Positions 9,717 through 19,487 of a DNA stretch of 64,000 nt are shown here, piece after piece. The stretch comes from a virus. The notes under the pieces were generated by a model. It worked only from the letters and a program-made list of their open reading frames with translations, searched no databases and was not told the origin of the DNA. A program made the translations under genes and the position numbers. Position 1 is the first letter of the stretch, and each line of letters begins with the position of its first letter. The DNA lies in IMG/VR virus record IMGVR_UViG_3300023174_000145, positions 10,409-74,408 of that record, one strand, 5' to 3'.

Positions 9717-12700
9717 ACTCTCTCAAACTCCTTTACTGTAGTACTACCTGATTGTGTTTCCTGTAAAACTGGTTTACATTTATTTCCTGGCTTCAAACTT
9801 GCCAACGCTTGTCCATACATATTAGGAAAGATTACGATAGACTTCAAATCTTTATCGGAATCTGCAATAACTGCGTTAGCCATTTTCTGTCCAGTTTTAG
9901 TCTTTCTTGGCGTAAAGCTGATAGTAAAATATTCTCCATCTGCCAAAGGCATTGACTTAGCCTGTAAGTATTTAATGAAAGGATCTTTAGTATCCTTCAT
10001 ATTATCCGCCGTTGCATAAGCACCAATACGATTATCTGCAACTAAGAAGATATAGATTTTTCCTGGTTCGATTGTTGTGTCCGACCTGTCAAAGATGCCA
10101 ACAGAGCCAGTCTTGTCAACGATTTCGATGCGTGACCAACCGTCTCCTCGTTTGATGGATTTGACCATAGCAATAACGAGAAAGCATCCTTCTTCGGAGT
10201 AATCTTCAAGTGGTTTTGCATAAGCCTCAATCCAGCGTGGCATATCACTTGTAAACTCAGGGATATTAAGGTATTCGTAATAATTTTCTTTTTCATTTCC
10301 AGTCCTTAGATTGTCATTAAATGCTGCCGCACCAACTTTATTAAGTGCATCTATAGCCCTGTTATTTATACCAGAACCTTTTTCACTAGCAACTTCTCTT
10401 AAATGCTCATAACTTTGATATGGTCTATTAGCAATAATCTTGCTACCAATATTTTCAGAAATGAACTTAATATTACCTAATCCAAATCGGATAGAATCAC
10501 CGTCAAGAGTAAAGTCAATATCTGATTCATTAACGTGTGGAAGTTTAATCGAAATACCCATACGTTTTGCTTCAATTAGATAATCTGTACGAGTATCTTT
10601 ATCTTTTTCATTACGAAGAAGAGAATACATAAACTCGTGTGGGTAATACTTCTTTAGCCAAGCCGACCAATATGAAAGCATTGAGTATGCAACAGCGTGT
10701 GACTTATTGAATGAATAACCTGCGTGTGCTTCAAAGTCTTTCCATAAACCTTCTGCTTGCTTTTCTGTAATATGCTTGGATGCACCCTTTACAAACTGCT
10801 CACGATATTTGTCAAACTCTCTAGCATCCTTTTTCTTACCAATAATCTTACGAACTTTATCCGCTTCAACCATAGACATACCGCCTAAGTGAACACAGGC
10901 AAGCATAACTTGTTCCTGATAAAGAATACATCCATAAGTATCTTGCGTAAAGTCCTTTACGATGTCGTGAATATAAGTCACTGGAGATTTACCCTTTTTA
11001 CGCTTAATGTATTCAGCACCGATAGTATTCATAGCTCCAGGACGTACAAGAGCATTGGATGCAGCAAGTTCATCAAATGAATAAACACCCATTTTAACAA
11101 GCAGGTTTGTATAAGGTGTTGCTTCTGCTTGAAATACGCCCTTAGTAAATCCTGCGGTTAAGTCTGCATAAACTTCTCTATCATCTAGAGCAATGCTTGA
11201 AAGATCGATATCCTTGCCTTTGCGCTCTTTAATCATATCCAAAGTATCGTGAATTACTGTAAGAGTTTTTAGACCAAGAGCATCAATCTTAATTAGACCA
11301 ATATCTGCTACCTGTTCCATATCTACTGCAACCACCTGCACCCTATCATCGCTTTGTGTATCTTTACGAGTTTCAATAGGTGCATATTTTGAAATAGCAT
11401 CTTTAGAAGCAACAATACCTGCGGCGTGCATACCAGTTCCACGAATACGTCCACGCAACTTCTCAGCATACATTACGACCTCTGGATATTTTTCACGGAA
11501 GTCTTTAGAGATTGATGCTGACATAAACTCATCCCAAGTTTCAACACCCTTTAGTGCCTTATTTACTTCTGGAAGTGGAATATGAAAAGCTCTAGCAACA
11601 TCTCGGACAACACCCTTATCTTTGAATGTAAGAAATGTAGCAATAGATGCAACGTGCTGATACTGGTCTGAAAGATATTCTTTAACCTGACTACGCTTTC
11701 TATCTTCATAGTCCGTATCAATATCTGGAAAGTCATTACGCTCTGGATTAATAAATCGGAAAAACAATAAACCATACTTAATTGGATCTACTTCTGTAAT
11801 GCCAAGTGAATAGCATACAAGTGAACCAGCGGCACTACCACGACCTGGACCAACCATAATCTCATTGTTCTTTGACCAGTTAATCATATCTGCAACAATG
11901 ATGAAGTATGATGAAAAGTTTTTAGACTTAATAATATCTAATTCTTCATTCAAGCGTTCAATATATTCTGGCTTGTCTGCAAGACCACGCTTTGCCAAAC
12001 CTTCTAAGGCAATCTTTTCTAATTGATGGTCTGGGTCACGATATTCGGCAGGAAGTAAATCAAGACCCTGCTTGATTTCATATGAACCAATCTTTTCACT
12101 AATCTCAACAGAGTTTTCATACAAATCATCTCGGTCAATACCTTGATCAAGCATTAGTTGCTTAACATCTTTATGACCCATAAGATAGATTTCCAAGTCT
12201 TTAAATGACATAAACCTATCGCCATATAAATAATCAAGGCGTTCAATTAAATCTTTAATCTTACGACTATCTTCAAACTTTGCTTCTTTACGGATATTAG
12301 GATGTGTACCTAGAATAAGCATAATCTCTTCTGCAATCCTGTCCTCTGGTGAGGCATAATGGCAGTCCAAAGTTACGGTAGATTTGACACCCATATCATC
12401 TGCTAGTTTAAGCATTTGATGATTAAGTTCGGCAGGATTATGGGGCTGTAATTCCATATAGAAGTTATCCCCAAATACATTCTTGAACCAATCTGTGTAT
12501 TCCACCGCCTTTTCCATATTGCCATTTTGGATAGCCTTAGCAATAATGCCATTCATACATCCAGAAATGACTACTAAGTTTGTGGAATGAGTTTCAAGCG
12601 TTTTAAAATCTATGCGTGGTTTTGAAAAGAACCCTTCGTTCCAACCGATTTCAGACAGTTTTGAGAGGTTCTGGAGCCCATTCTCGTTCTGTGCTAGGAC

Positions 12701-12976
12701 AATAAGATGGTTATAAATCTGCTCATCTTCTTCTCGGTCCTTTTTAGACCTCTTATCGGTCATATCTGTGGTGAAATAGGCTTCTAGCCCTAGAATTGGC
12801 TTTACATTGGTATCTTTTGCAGCAATAAGGAAATCACGATGCCCACTCAATGTGCCGTGATCAGTAATAGAAAGTGCTGTCATACCCACTTCTTCTGCTC
12901 TTTTAAGAAGTTCTTCTGGTGAGGAAAATCCGTCTAGTAGGCTGTAGTACGAATGTGAATGATGATTATGATACAT
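9713..12976 (-). CDS. dnaE: DNA polymerase III alpha subunit (DnaE-like)
   Basis: PHP domain HSHSYYSLLDG, TDHG, GPGRGSAAGSLV, PDIDTD, GYSFNKSHAVAY; no intein apparent. Confidence 0.96.
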   Translation of the reverse strand: MYHNHHSHSYYSLLDGFSSPEELLKRAEEVGMTALSITDHGTLSGHRDFLIAAKDTNVKPILGLEAYFTTDMTDKRSKKDREEDEQIYNHLIVLAQNENGLQNLSKLSEIGWNEGFFSKPRIDFKTLETHSTNLVVISGCMNGIIAKAIQNGNMEKAVEYTDWFKNVFGDNFYMELQPHNPAELNHQMLKLADDMGVKSTVTLDCHYASPEDRIAEEIMLILGTHPNIRKEAKFEDSRKIKDLIERLDYLYGDRFMSFKDLEIYLMGHKDVKQLMLDQGIDRDDLYENSVEISEKIGSYEIKQGLDLLPAEYRDPDHQLEKIALEGLAKRGLADKPEYIERLNEELDIIKSKNFSSYFIIVADMINWSKNNEIMVGPGRGSAAGSLVCYSLGITEVDPIKYGLLFFRFINPERNDFPDIDTDYEDRKRSQVKEYLSDQYQHVASIATFLTFKDKGVVRDVARAFHIPLPEVNKALKGVETWDEFMSASISKDFREKYPEVVMYAEKLRGRIRGTGMHAAGIVASKDAISKYAPIETRKDTQSDDRVQVVAVDMEQVADIGLIKIDALGLKTLTVIHDTLDMIKERKGKDIDLSSIALDDREVYADLTAGFTKGVFQAEATPYTNLLVKMGVYSFDELAASNALVRPGAMNTIGAEYIKRKKGKSPVTYIHDIVKDFTQDTYGCILYQEQVMLACVHLGGMSMVEADKVRKIIGKKKDAREFDKYREQFVKGASKHITEKQAEGLWKDFEAHAGYSFNKSHAVAYSMLSYWSAWLKKYYPHEFMYSLLRNEKDKDTRTDYLIEAKRMGISIKLPHVNESDIDFTLDGDSIRFGLGNIKFISENIGSKIIANRPYQSYEHLREVASEKGSGINNRAIDALNKVGAAAFNDNLRTGNEKENYYEYLNIPEFTSDMPRWIEAYAKPLEDYSEEGCFLVIAMVKSIKRGDGWSRIEIVDKTGSVGIFDRSDTTIEPGKIYIFLVADNRIGAYATADNMKDTKDPFIKYLQAKSMPLADGEYFTISFTPRKTKTGQKMANAVIADSDKDLKSIVIFPNMYGQALASLKPGNKCKPVLQETQSGSTTVKEFERV

Positions 12977-12994
12977 TTATCTCCAATAATTTAA

Positions 12995-13036
12995 GGGGGC
13001 AGTAATATTATATATTACCGCCCCCGATACTGTCAA
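12995..13036 (-). promoter_or_regulatory. dnaE promoter overlapped by a hairpin
   Basis: TTGACA (13036-13031)-18 bp-TATAAT (13012-13007); inverted repeat GGGGGCGGTAATAT/ATATTACTGCCCCC spans 12995-13025. Confidence 0.7.
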
Positions 13037-13042
13037 GAGTTT

Positions 13043-13696
13043 TTACCACTCAACAGAAGTGGATGCTGTTTCCTCGGCTTCAAGACCCATATAAAATGAT
13101 TCTTGGTCCGCATACTTAATCTGACGAGTTGCAGTTTTTTCTAGGTCATATGTTTCAAGACCTGTGAAATCAAACGGCTTCTCATCTGTGGTAACAGGGA
13201 ACAACGAATAGCTAGTCAGCGTACCAGTTCCATTCCGCTTCAATCGCCAAACAACATTTGACACAGAACCTGTATCTGATGCATATTCAATGATTGTGGT
13301 AGTAGTTGGTGACTTTGGACCAACACCCTGCGACCAAATCGCTGTGTAGGTTTCACCCTGACCTTCATCTACCAACACATTTGTGTAGTAGCGAAGACGA
13401 GCTTTCCAACCAGCCTTTGGATCTTTACGATGCTGTTCGCAACCGTAACATTTTCCTTCATCATCAATAGAGCACAAAGCCTTACGCTTGTAATCTTTCG
13501 GATTGGTATGTTCTGCGATAACAATCGCAAGACCCAAATCTTTATTATAATTCTTTGAGTCGGGATCTACTTCGTTAAGAAAACGAATCTTTACGCTCTG
13601 CCCATCTTCTAACTTGAGCCAACGAGCCTTTGGACCGTCTGAACCAGATGGTCGTTCGATTAGATTTTTGATATTTGCTAATCCTGTAATTGCCAT
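13043..13696 (-). CDS. Single-stranded DNA-binding protein (gp32-like)
   Basis: WLKLEDGQSVKIRF, C...C..C Zn site, LKRNG.G..TSY, acidic C-terminus ending in W. Confidence 0.75.
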   Translation of the reverse strand: MAITGLANIKNLIERPSGSDGPKARWLKLEDGQSVKIRFLNEVDPDSKNYNKDLGLAIVIAEHTNPKDYKRKALCSIDDEGKCYGCEQHRKDPKAGWKARLRYYTNVLVDEGQGETYTAIWSQGVGPKSPTTTTIIEYASDTGSVSNVVWRLKRNGTGTLTSYSLFPVTTDEKPFDFTGLETYDLEKTATRQIKYADQESFYMGLEAEETASTSVEW

Positions 13697-13753
13697 ATTT
13701 TATTTCTCCTTTTAATATTCGGTTCTATAGGTGAACCTTGTACATTTATTTTA

Positions 13754-14707
13754 TCATATTGAGAGTGCTAAGTCAAGTGACTTTATGGAAGAAAATGCAG
13801 ACAAAATCTCTTCATCTGTCATATCTCCAATATCCTTTTTACCGTCTGCAATATTCAATACTCTTATATCTTTACCAGATAAGTGCTTGCTTAGTTTATT
13901 TGTCATTTCTGAACCTGCCATATCATTATCTGGTGCAATAATAATTACCTGTGCGTATTTATTTAAAAGTGCTGCTTGGTTTGTACCAATATTTGCACCA
14001 AGAGTAGCAACGGCAGGAATATCTAATTGCCACAATCTCATAGCATCAAATGACGATTCTACAATAACAATATCATTAAACTTTGAGTTATTAAGATTAA
14101 ACAATACTTTGCTTCTGGGTAGTCCATTGGAGTTTTTAAATGATTTACCTTCTACAGACCGCCCCACAAATCCGACACATACACCTGTATGTGAATAGAT
14201 TGGAACAGTAACCATATCCTGTTTTTCTGAATATCCTAATTTAAAATGTTTCATTGCATCAACGGTAATATTTCTGCCAAGAAAGTAATTCTTTGCCCTA
14301 TCACTTTGCATCAGGGAAGTATGCAAACGGTCAATAAGAGCAGAGTCAAACTCATCAAACTCTTCTTTTGGCTCAATGGACTTTTCAACTTTTTCTACAA
14401 AGTTAATTGACTTTGCTGCATTAGATATAATTCTGGAAGCCTCAAAATAATTACGATTAGTTGTTCTCATAACAAAATCTATAATGGTTCCATTTTCACC
14501 ACAAGAGAAGCAAAGGAATAATCCTTTTTCTTTATCTACTTCACAAGCTGGTGTATGGCGATTATTATGGAATGGACAGAATATTAGATAATGTGTTTCT
14601 AATTCTGTGCCTATTGTGATTCCGCAGGAAACGATAATTTCTCTGATTTGGTCTGGGTCGTAAGATTCATTGGTATTAGTTTTGTTCCAACCAGTCCCTT
14701 GTAACAT
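13754..14707 (-). CDS. dnaG: DNA primase (CHC2 zinc finger + TOPRIM)
   Basis: CPFH...CFSC, IVESSFDA, PDNDMAG, KDIGD; likely start MLQG at 14707. Confidence 0.9.
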   Translation of the reverse strand: MLQGTGWNKTNTNESYDPDQIREIIVSCGITIGTELETHYLIFCPFHNNRHTPACEVDKEKGLFLCFSCGENGTIIDFVMRTTNRNYFEASRIISNAAKSINFVEKVEKSIEPKEEFDEFDSALIDRLHTSLMQSDRAKNYFLGRNITVDAMKHFKLGYSEKQDMVTVPIYSHTGVCVGFVGRSVEGKSFKNSNGLPRSKVLFNLNNSKFNDIVIVESSFDAMRLWQLDIPAVATLGANIGTNQAALLNKYAQVIIIAPDNDMAGSEMTNKLSKHLSGKDIRVLNIADGKKDIGDMTDEEILSAFSSIKSLDLALSI

Positions 14708-14946
14708 TTTGCCTTTGCTTTCCCTAGGTATATTCCATACCAAGTTATTTTAAACTCAAATACATTACCATTATAGTCTATTGTGAAAACTGGGTCAAGG
14801 TCTAAATGTGGAACATATCCTTTTTCTCTCAAATAACTATCCATTATTTGATCATATTGTTCCCTTAAACGCAGAACATCAGCCTCATCATAGATCTGAC
14901 CATCTATGGTAAACTTTTTAATTTTCTTATGTCCTGCAAACTCCAT
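14611..14946 (-). CDS. Conserved hypothetical protein
   Basis: 111-aa ORF with leaderless TATAAT-6 nt-ATG. Confidence 0.65.
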   Translation of the reverse strand: MEFAGHKKIKKFTIDGQIYDEADVLRLREQYDQIMDSYLREKGYVPHLDLDPVFTIDYNGNVFEFKITWYGIYLGKAKAKCYKGLVGTKLIPMNLTTQTKSEKLSFPAESQ

Positions 14947-14960
14947 ATAACCATTATAGA

Positions 14961-16190
14961 TTATAAAGAGTCTGCAGGATCTAACATTTCTTCAAACTTT
15001 CCACTATCAAAATCTGCATCAACAAAGAAGTCACCTAAGAAACCGTGACGATTCTTTCTAAATGCAACTTCCAATACACCTGTATTTTGCTTACGACCAA
15101 ATGCAAGTAGCCAGTCAGCATCGTATGCAATCTGACGTGACCAAGCAACCTGACCAAGCTGTGGCACAGATTCTAAATCGCTTGCATCGTCTGGTGTAGC
15201 AGAAGCAATAGCAACAATAGGAACCTGCTCTGAAATGGCAAGAAGTTTTAGTTCTCGTGATAAGTTTTTAATCTTAACAGTTTCATTACCACTTGTACCT
15301 GCATTATCCTGCATTAACTGTAGATAATCAATAAATACAATGTCTGGTTTATACTGGTCAATCTTTGCTCTAACAACATTTGGTGTTACTTCGCTACCAC
15401 CGTCATTTGAAACAATCTTAAATGGTTGCTTTCCAACTAAAGTCTTGTCTGCCCAGTCCTTAAACTCTTCCTGATTTACACGACCAGAAGAAAGATTACG
15501 ATGGGAGAACTTTCCGTCACCGAGAATAGTAAAAATACGGTTACGAACTTCTTGTTCTGTCATTTCAAGTGATAGAATCATTGGCACACGACCATTCTTC
15601 CAAGCCTGAACCGCAAGATACAGAGCCATCCAAGACTTACCAATAGCAGGATAAGCAAGAAGTACACCTAACTGTCCTTTAGCAATACCCATCGGTAGAC
15701 AGATATCAAATGCCACTAGACCTGTACGAATACCAACATCACCATTCATTGCTGACTGACGAGTCTTTTCAAAATGATGTAATGCATCTTCAACATCTGT
15801 TACATCTAGGTCACGAACCTTGGCGGTAATTCTTGACAATGAAGAAATATCCGTACTCATTGTTGCTAATGCTTTACTAGATTGATTATCCTGTAAGTGC
15901 TGTGCTGCTTTACGAACAGTAGCCCTCAAAGATTCATCAAGAAATGTTTCTTTCAATCTATTAATATGATAAATGGTTGGTCCAGCTTCAACCGTCTCAA
16001 AATCTCTAAATCTTGTTGTTAAAAGATCGGCAGTTGGAACTTGACGAGTTTCATTGTAATATTCTTTTACAAAGTCCCATACATCGCCACACGATTGCAT
16101 AAGATAATCAACATTGTTTTCAAATAAAACGTGAATATCTTTATTCTCACATACGGCAGATAATACTTCTACTTCTTCACGCATTCCCAT
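14961..16190 (-). CDS. dnaB: DnaB-like replicative helicase
   Basis: AYPAIGKS, SLEM, FIDYLQLM, SRELKLLA, IAYDAD, KNRHG. Confidence 0.93.
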   Translation of the reverse strand: MGMREEVEVLSAVCENKDIHVLFENNVDYLMQSCGDVWDFVKEYYNETRQVPTADLLTTRFRDFETVEAGPTIYHINRLKETFLDESLRATVRKAAQHLQDNQSSKALATMSTDISSLSRITAKVRDLDVTDVEDALHHFEKTRQSAMNGDVGIRTGLVAFDICLPMGIAKGQLGVLLAYPAIGKSWMALYLAVQAWKNGRVPMILSLEMTEQEVRNRIFTILGDGKFSHRNLSSGRVNQEEFKDWADKTLVGKQPFKIVSNDGGSEVTPNVVRAKIDQYKPDIVFIDYLQLMQDNAGTSGNETVKIKNLSRELKLLAISEQVPIVAIASATPDDASDLESVPQLGQVAWSRQIAYDADWLLAFGRKQNTGVLEVAFRKNRHGFLGDFFVDADFDSGKFEEMLDPADSL

Positions 16191-16512
16191 TTAACCACTC
16201 TTCTCTCAACTTTGCTAGTTCTGCTCTACGTTCAGCCCTTAACTTTTTATCTAATTCATTTGCATTTACTGTGTCTTTTAATTTATCAAAATTATTAAAC
16301 AACCAAGTCAGTGGGTGACCATCTTTTGACAAGGTGAAGTAATAATCTATAATTGATTTTGCTTCATCAAAGTTGAAGTCCTGCAAGATATCTCCAGCAG
16401 CCCACTTTTCTTTATATTTATTTATATTTGGTTGCTTCCCATAGCGTTCTTTATATTTGCTTGCATAATAAGACAACAATGCAAATGCTAAACTTGCGCT
16501 ATCTTTGGTCAA
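16177..16512 (-). CDS. Hypothetical protein (possible helicase loader)
   Basis: Overlaps the dnaB start; positional inference. Confidence 0.55.
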   Translation of the reverse strand: MTKDSASLAFALLSYYASKYKERYGKQPNINKYKEKWAAGDILQDFNFDEAKSIIDYYFTLSKDGHPLTWLFNNFDKLKDTVNANELDKKLRAERRAELAKLREEWLNGNA

Positions 16513-16715
16513 CTTTTTAGTCCCTTTTCAATCTCTCCGACTTTTTCTACAACCTTTGCTTCTACAAACTTATACACTCTGTCCATAGCAGCATTAGTGT
16601 TTTCATCCGTTTCACGAACAAAATCCTCTACGCCTAGTTCAACGTGTACGCTTTCATAGTTTCCAAGATTGCGAACAAACTTTAGATTTACTTTTACTAC
16701 TGTTTTATCACTCAT
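16509..16715 (-). CDS. Conserved small phage protein
   Basis: RNLGNYES motif. Confidence 0.65.
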   Translation of the reverse strand: MSDKTVVKVNLKFVRNLGNYESVHVELGVEDFVRETDENTNAAMDRVYKFVEAKVVEKVGEIEKGLKS

Positions 16716-16977
16716 CTATATCTCCTGACAATGGAATAAATCCAAATGGTACTGTTTCGTGTACTTCATCTTCTGAAGTAATGGCTACATATAAGTCTAG
16801 CCATTTATCCGATAATTTAATTAATGTTTCAGAATCTTTCTTTTTCTTTGCTATATGAAAAACCTCATCCAAACATTTCATACTAGCAATGATAGCAGCT
16901 TCGTCTAGGAATGTAAAGTTCTTTTTTTGACTATTTTCTTCTACATACTTTTTAGTATGCCGACCTTTGTTTTTCAA
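16708..16977 (-). CDS. Hypothetical protein
   Basis: 89-aa ORF coupled to its neighbours. Confidence 0.6.
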   Translation of the reverse strand: MKNKGRHTKKYVEENSQKKNFTFLDEAAIIASMKCLDEVFHIAKKKKDSETLIKLSDKWLDLYVAITSEDEVHETVPFGFIPLSGDIDE

Positions 16978-17504
16978 CTAAACTCCTCTGCTTTCCATAC
17001 AGGAACAAAGTTCCCATCTTTGGTTTTTATATATAGCATTTCTTTGCCCTCAAGTATATCCTGTAATTCTCTTTTGGTTGGTATATCTTTACCCGCTGTA
17101 GTAGCACCGTCATTTCTTGGTCTACCAATATGAACGGTAGCAAAATATTCTCTGATCTCATAAATATCTTTTTCGCTAAAGTAATATATACCATTAGTTA
17201 GTTTATCTAAAATGAAGGGTTTTTTAATACTACCCTCATTTATGGCTGCCCTAATTCTTGCAGGGTGTCTATTAAACATTTTGGCAACTATAGATATGGT
17301 ATACGCTGGCTTCTTAAGTCTTTTATATTCAGTAAAGAGATAGGTTAATTCCTCTTTCTGAATATAGTTATAAGCACGACAAATGTTATTTGTTCTATCA
17401 GCCTGAATAAGCCTATGAAGTTCGTTATTCAAAAAGAATAACTTACTTTTACTTCTTTTTAACCTTTGTATATCTTCTTGTACCGTTGTTTTTGTTTTAG
17501 CCAT
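16974..17504 (-). CDS. HTH DNA-binding protein (MerR/excisionase-like)
   Basis: YTISIVAKMFNRHPARIR...YYFSEKDI...GRPR. Confidence 0.65.
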   Translation of the reverse strand: MAKTKTTVQEDIQRLKRSKSKLFFLNNELHRLIQADRTNNICRAYNYIQKEELTYLFTEYKRLKKPAYTISIVAKMFNRHPARIRAAINEGSIKKPFILDKLTNGIYYFSEKDIYEIREYFATVHIGRPRNDGATTAGKDIPTKRELQDILEGKEMLYIKTKDGNFVPVWKAEEFS

Positions 17505-17547
17505 AATATGTACCCTTACATCTTATCTGCTAATTATAGCCTATAAA

Positions 17548-18357
17548 CTATACCTTAAACAGTTTTCCGTCAACAACACAAGTATAATCTGGTGAGACGT
17601 GAACTAACTGAATGTGTGGATATATTCCATTTTCAATATGAGCAATCGCAAAAGCTTTCTGCCAATTATGATTATTTGTATACATCATACCTGTTGACTT
17701 TTCATCACACATATGACCGATTTCGTAACCACGAAGAGTTTCACCTTTACCGCCATTACGAAGTTCATATGTATTAAAATAAACACCTGCACGATGTGAG
17801 TGTCCACGAATAAGAGAAACGCCAAAGTTATCTACATCTTTGCGTACAGACTCACCTGCATTTTGTGAGATAGCATTTCCGTGATGAACGTGAATATCAC
17901 CAAAGCGTAACTTAGGTGGCTCGTTATAATAAATATAATCATAGCCCAGTGAATCAAGACCCCATAAAGACTCTGGGGTGACAAACTCAATGTGTTCTGG
18001 CAACTTTGCATCTACATAATCAAATACCCGAATATCGTGGTTTCCTAAAGCAGAAAATAACTGTGCCTTTTTTGCAACCTGTCTAGTCCGAGCATAAAAC
18101 TCTTTAGCAAGTTTTGCTTCGTGTTGCATTAACGGCACAATCTGATCTCCATTATTATCTTTATACATCTTCAAAAACTCTGCGGAACGACCTTCTGTAT
18201 ATTTACTATAACAAGCCTGATCGTCTGTGTCGCCTAAATAGTCAACTACATCTGGTTTAAACCATTTCATTACCTTGAACCAAAGTTCAATCATCTTATC
18301 GTCTTGATAAGGGAATTGCTGGTCAGACGACAGCATCCACTTTAAATCGTTACCCAT
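17548..18357 (-). CDS. Calcineurin-like metallophosphoesterase
   Basis: SDQQ, LGD.DD, GNHD, HHG, GHSHR; likely start MGNDLKW at 18357. Confidence 0.88.
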   Translation of the reverse strand: MGNDLKWMLSSDQQFPYQDDKMIELWFKVMKWFKPDVVDYLGDTDDQACYSKYTEGRSAEFLKMYKDNNGDQIVPLMQHEAKLAKEFYARTRQVAKKAQLFSALGNHDIRVFDYVDAKLPEHIEFVTPESLWGLDSLGYDYIYYNEPPKLRFGDIHVHHGNAISQNAGESVRKDVDNFGVSLIRGHSHRAGVYFNTYELRNGGKGETLRGYEIGHMCDEKSTGMMYTNNHNWQKAFAIAHIENGIYPHIQLVHVSPDYTCVVDGKLFKV

Positions 18358-18373
18358 TAAAATCCTTTTTCTA

Positions 18374-18829
18374 TTAAGCGGCTTTTGCTCTAAGACGACA
18401 TATCTTAGAACAGTATTTATAATGCTTCTCTGAAGCCGCTGGTATACTATATACATTATCGCAGTATAGACAAGTTTTGTCAATACTTTTTTTATTCTTA
18501 CATTGAGAATTACATCTTTTTCTTTTCTTTATTACCGACTCTGAACCATAAAATAAAACCCCGCAAGATTCACATTTTTTAGATTTCCAGTTTGGTTTGA
18601 GTTTAAATAAAGATACATTCTTCATACCGTGTGCCTTATCGTGTTCAAGGCGGGTACAAACAAAAAGATTCTCTATTCTGTTATCAGTTTTTATTTCATT
18701 TATATGGTGAACTGATTCACCTGATCTTAGGTATCTTCCTAAGTATTGTTCAGCAACAATAATGTGTTCCCAGTAAAGCCCCGCTTTGTTCTTTTTAGGA
18801 TGCTGTGGGGCTTTTACTAGGACATACAT
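18374..18829 (-). CDS. HNH endonuclease (HNH_3-like, probable free-standing homing endonuclease)
   Basis: EH...LGRYL...VHHINEIKTDNRIENL...H plus C-terminal CxxC repeats. Confidence 0.85.
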   Translation of the reverse strand: MYVLVKAPQHPKKNKAGLYWEHIIVAEQYLGRYLRSGESVHHINEIKTDNRIENLFVCTRLEHDKAHGMKNVSLFKLKPNWKSKKCESCGVLFYGSESVIKKRKRCNSQCKNKKSIDKTCLYCDNVYSIPAASEKHYKYCSKICRLRAKAA

Positions 18830-19258
18830 TTATGATACAGATGATCCTATTGCCAAATAATTAACAGAAATATTTAAAGATTTACTAGAAGCTTTTCCAT
18901 ATTGCTGTATTTTTAAAACACAACTATTTTTATTAATTTGTGTTGGAGTAACAATACCTACAAAATTCATATCGGCTGAAGAATTAATTTGTGCAAAAAC
19001 AACAACACCAGCCATAGCAAAGGCTGGACTAAAAGTTACTTTTGCTTCTCCTTTACCATCTTTTACAGTAATACTTTGAGTACCAGTTAAAAATTGTACG
19101 GTTGAGGCAGTTTTAGTTCCTTTAGTATTTGTAAAGAAATTAAACTTTTTTTGTTTTTTATTTGAAGAAAGCATATCTGTTGCATCTTTTAATTCTGAAG
19201 CTAAAAGATTTAACCAATCGTATGTTAATGGATTGCCATCTGAAAGTGGACTAACCAT
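18830..19258 (-). CDS. Minor tail / tail-fibre-associated protein
   Basis: Beta-rich, VTF..AF...NYLAIG ending typical of gp53/H-lectin-like fibre domains; likely start MVSPL. Confidence 0.55.
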   Translation of the reverse strand: MVSPLSDGNPLTYDWLNLLASELKDATDMLSSNKKQKKFNFFTNTKGTKTASTVQFLTGTQSITVKDGKGEAKVTFSPAFAMAGVVVFAQINSSADMNFVGIVTPTQINKNSCVLKIQQYGKASSKSLNISVNYLAIGSSVS

Positions 19259-19430
19259 TTGCCTTTTCATCTTCTTCCGTCAAAGCTTTAATTTCTGCAT
19301 CTTTTGCTTCGATAGCCTGATTTGCCTGTGCTTTGAGCACCGCCATTTGTGTTTCATATTGGCTGGTAATCTGACCAATACGGCTTTGAAGTTCCTGAAC
19401 AACTAGTTCTAGTGTCTTATCCTGTGACAT
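19251..19430 (-). CDS. Small coiled-coil protein (59 aa)
   Basis: Manual translation MSQDKTLELVVQELQSRIGQITSQYETQMAVLKAQANQ...; AGGAG RBS. Confidence 0.7.
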   Translation of the reverse strand: MSQDKTLELVVQELQSRIGQITSQYETQMAVLKAQANQAIEAKDAEIKALTEEDEKANG

Positions 19431-19487
19431 ATTTTCTCCTTTGTGTCTCTTGTATATTATACTATTTATCTTCTAATAAAGCAATAG

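Noticed and set aside
9713-12976. Inteins or introns in DnaE (also checked TerL, DnaB, NrdJ, TMP)
   Set aside because: Core enzyme lengths are normal, ORFs are uninterrupted, and I saw no C-start/HN-end intein motifs; TMP cassettes lack splice residues.
13731-14198. Plus-strand and alternate-frame ORFs inside core genes (here and throughout)
   Set aside because: Antisense or out-of-frame shadows of well-supported genes, with no expression signals.
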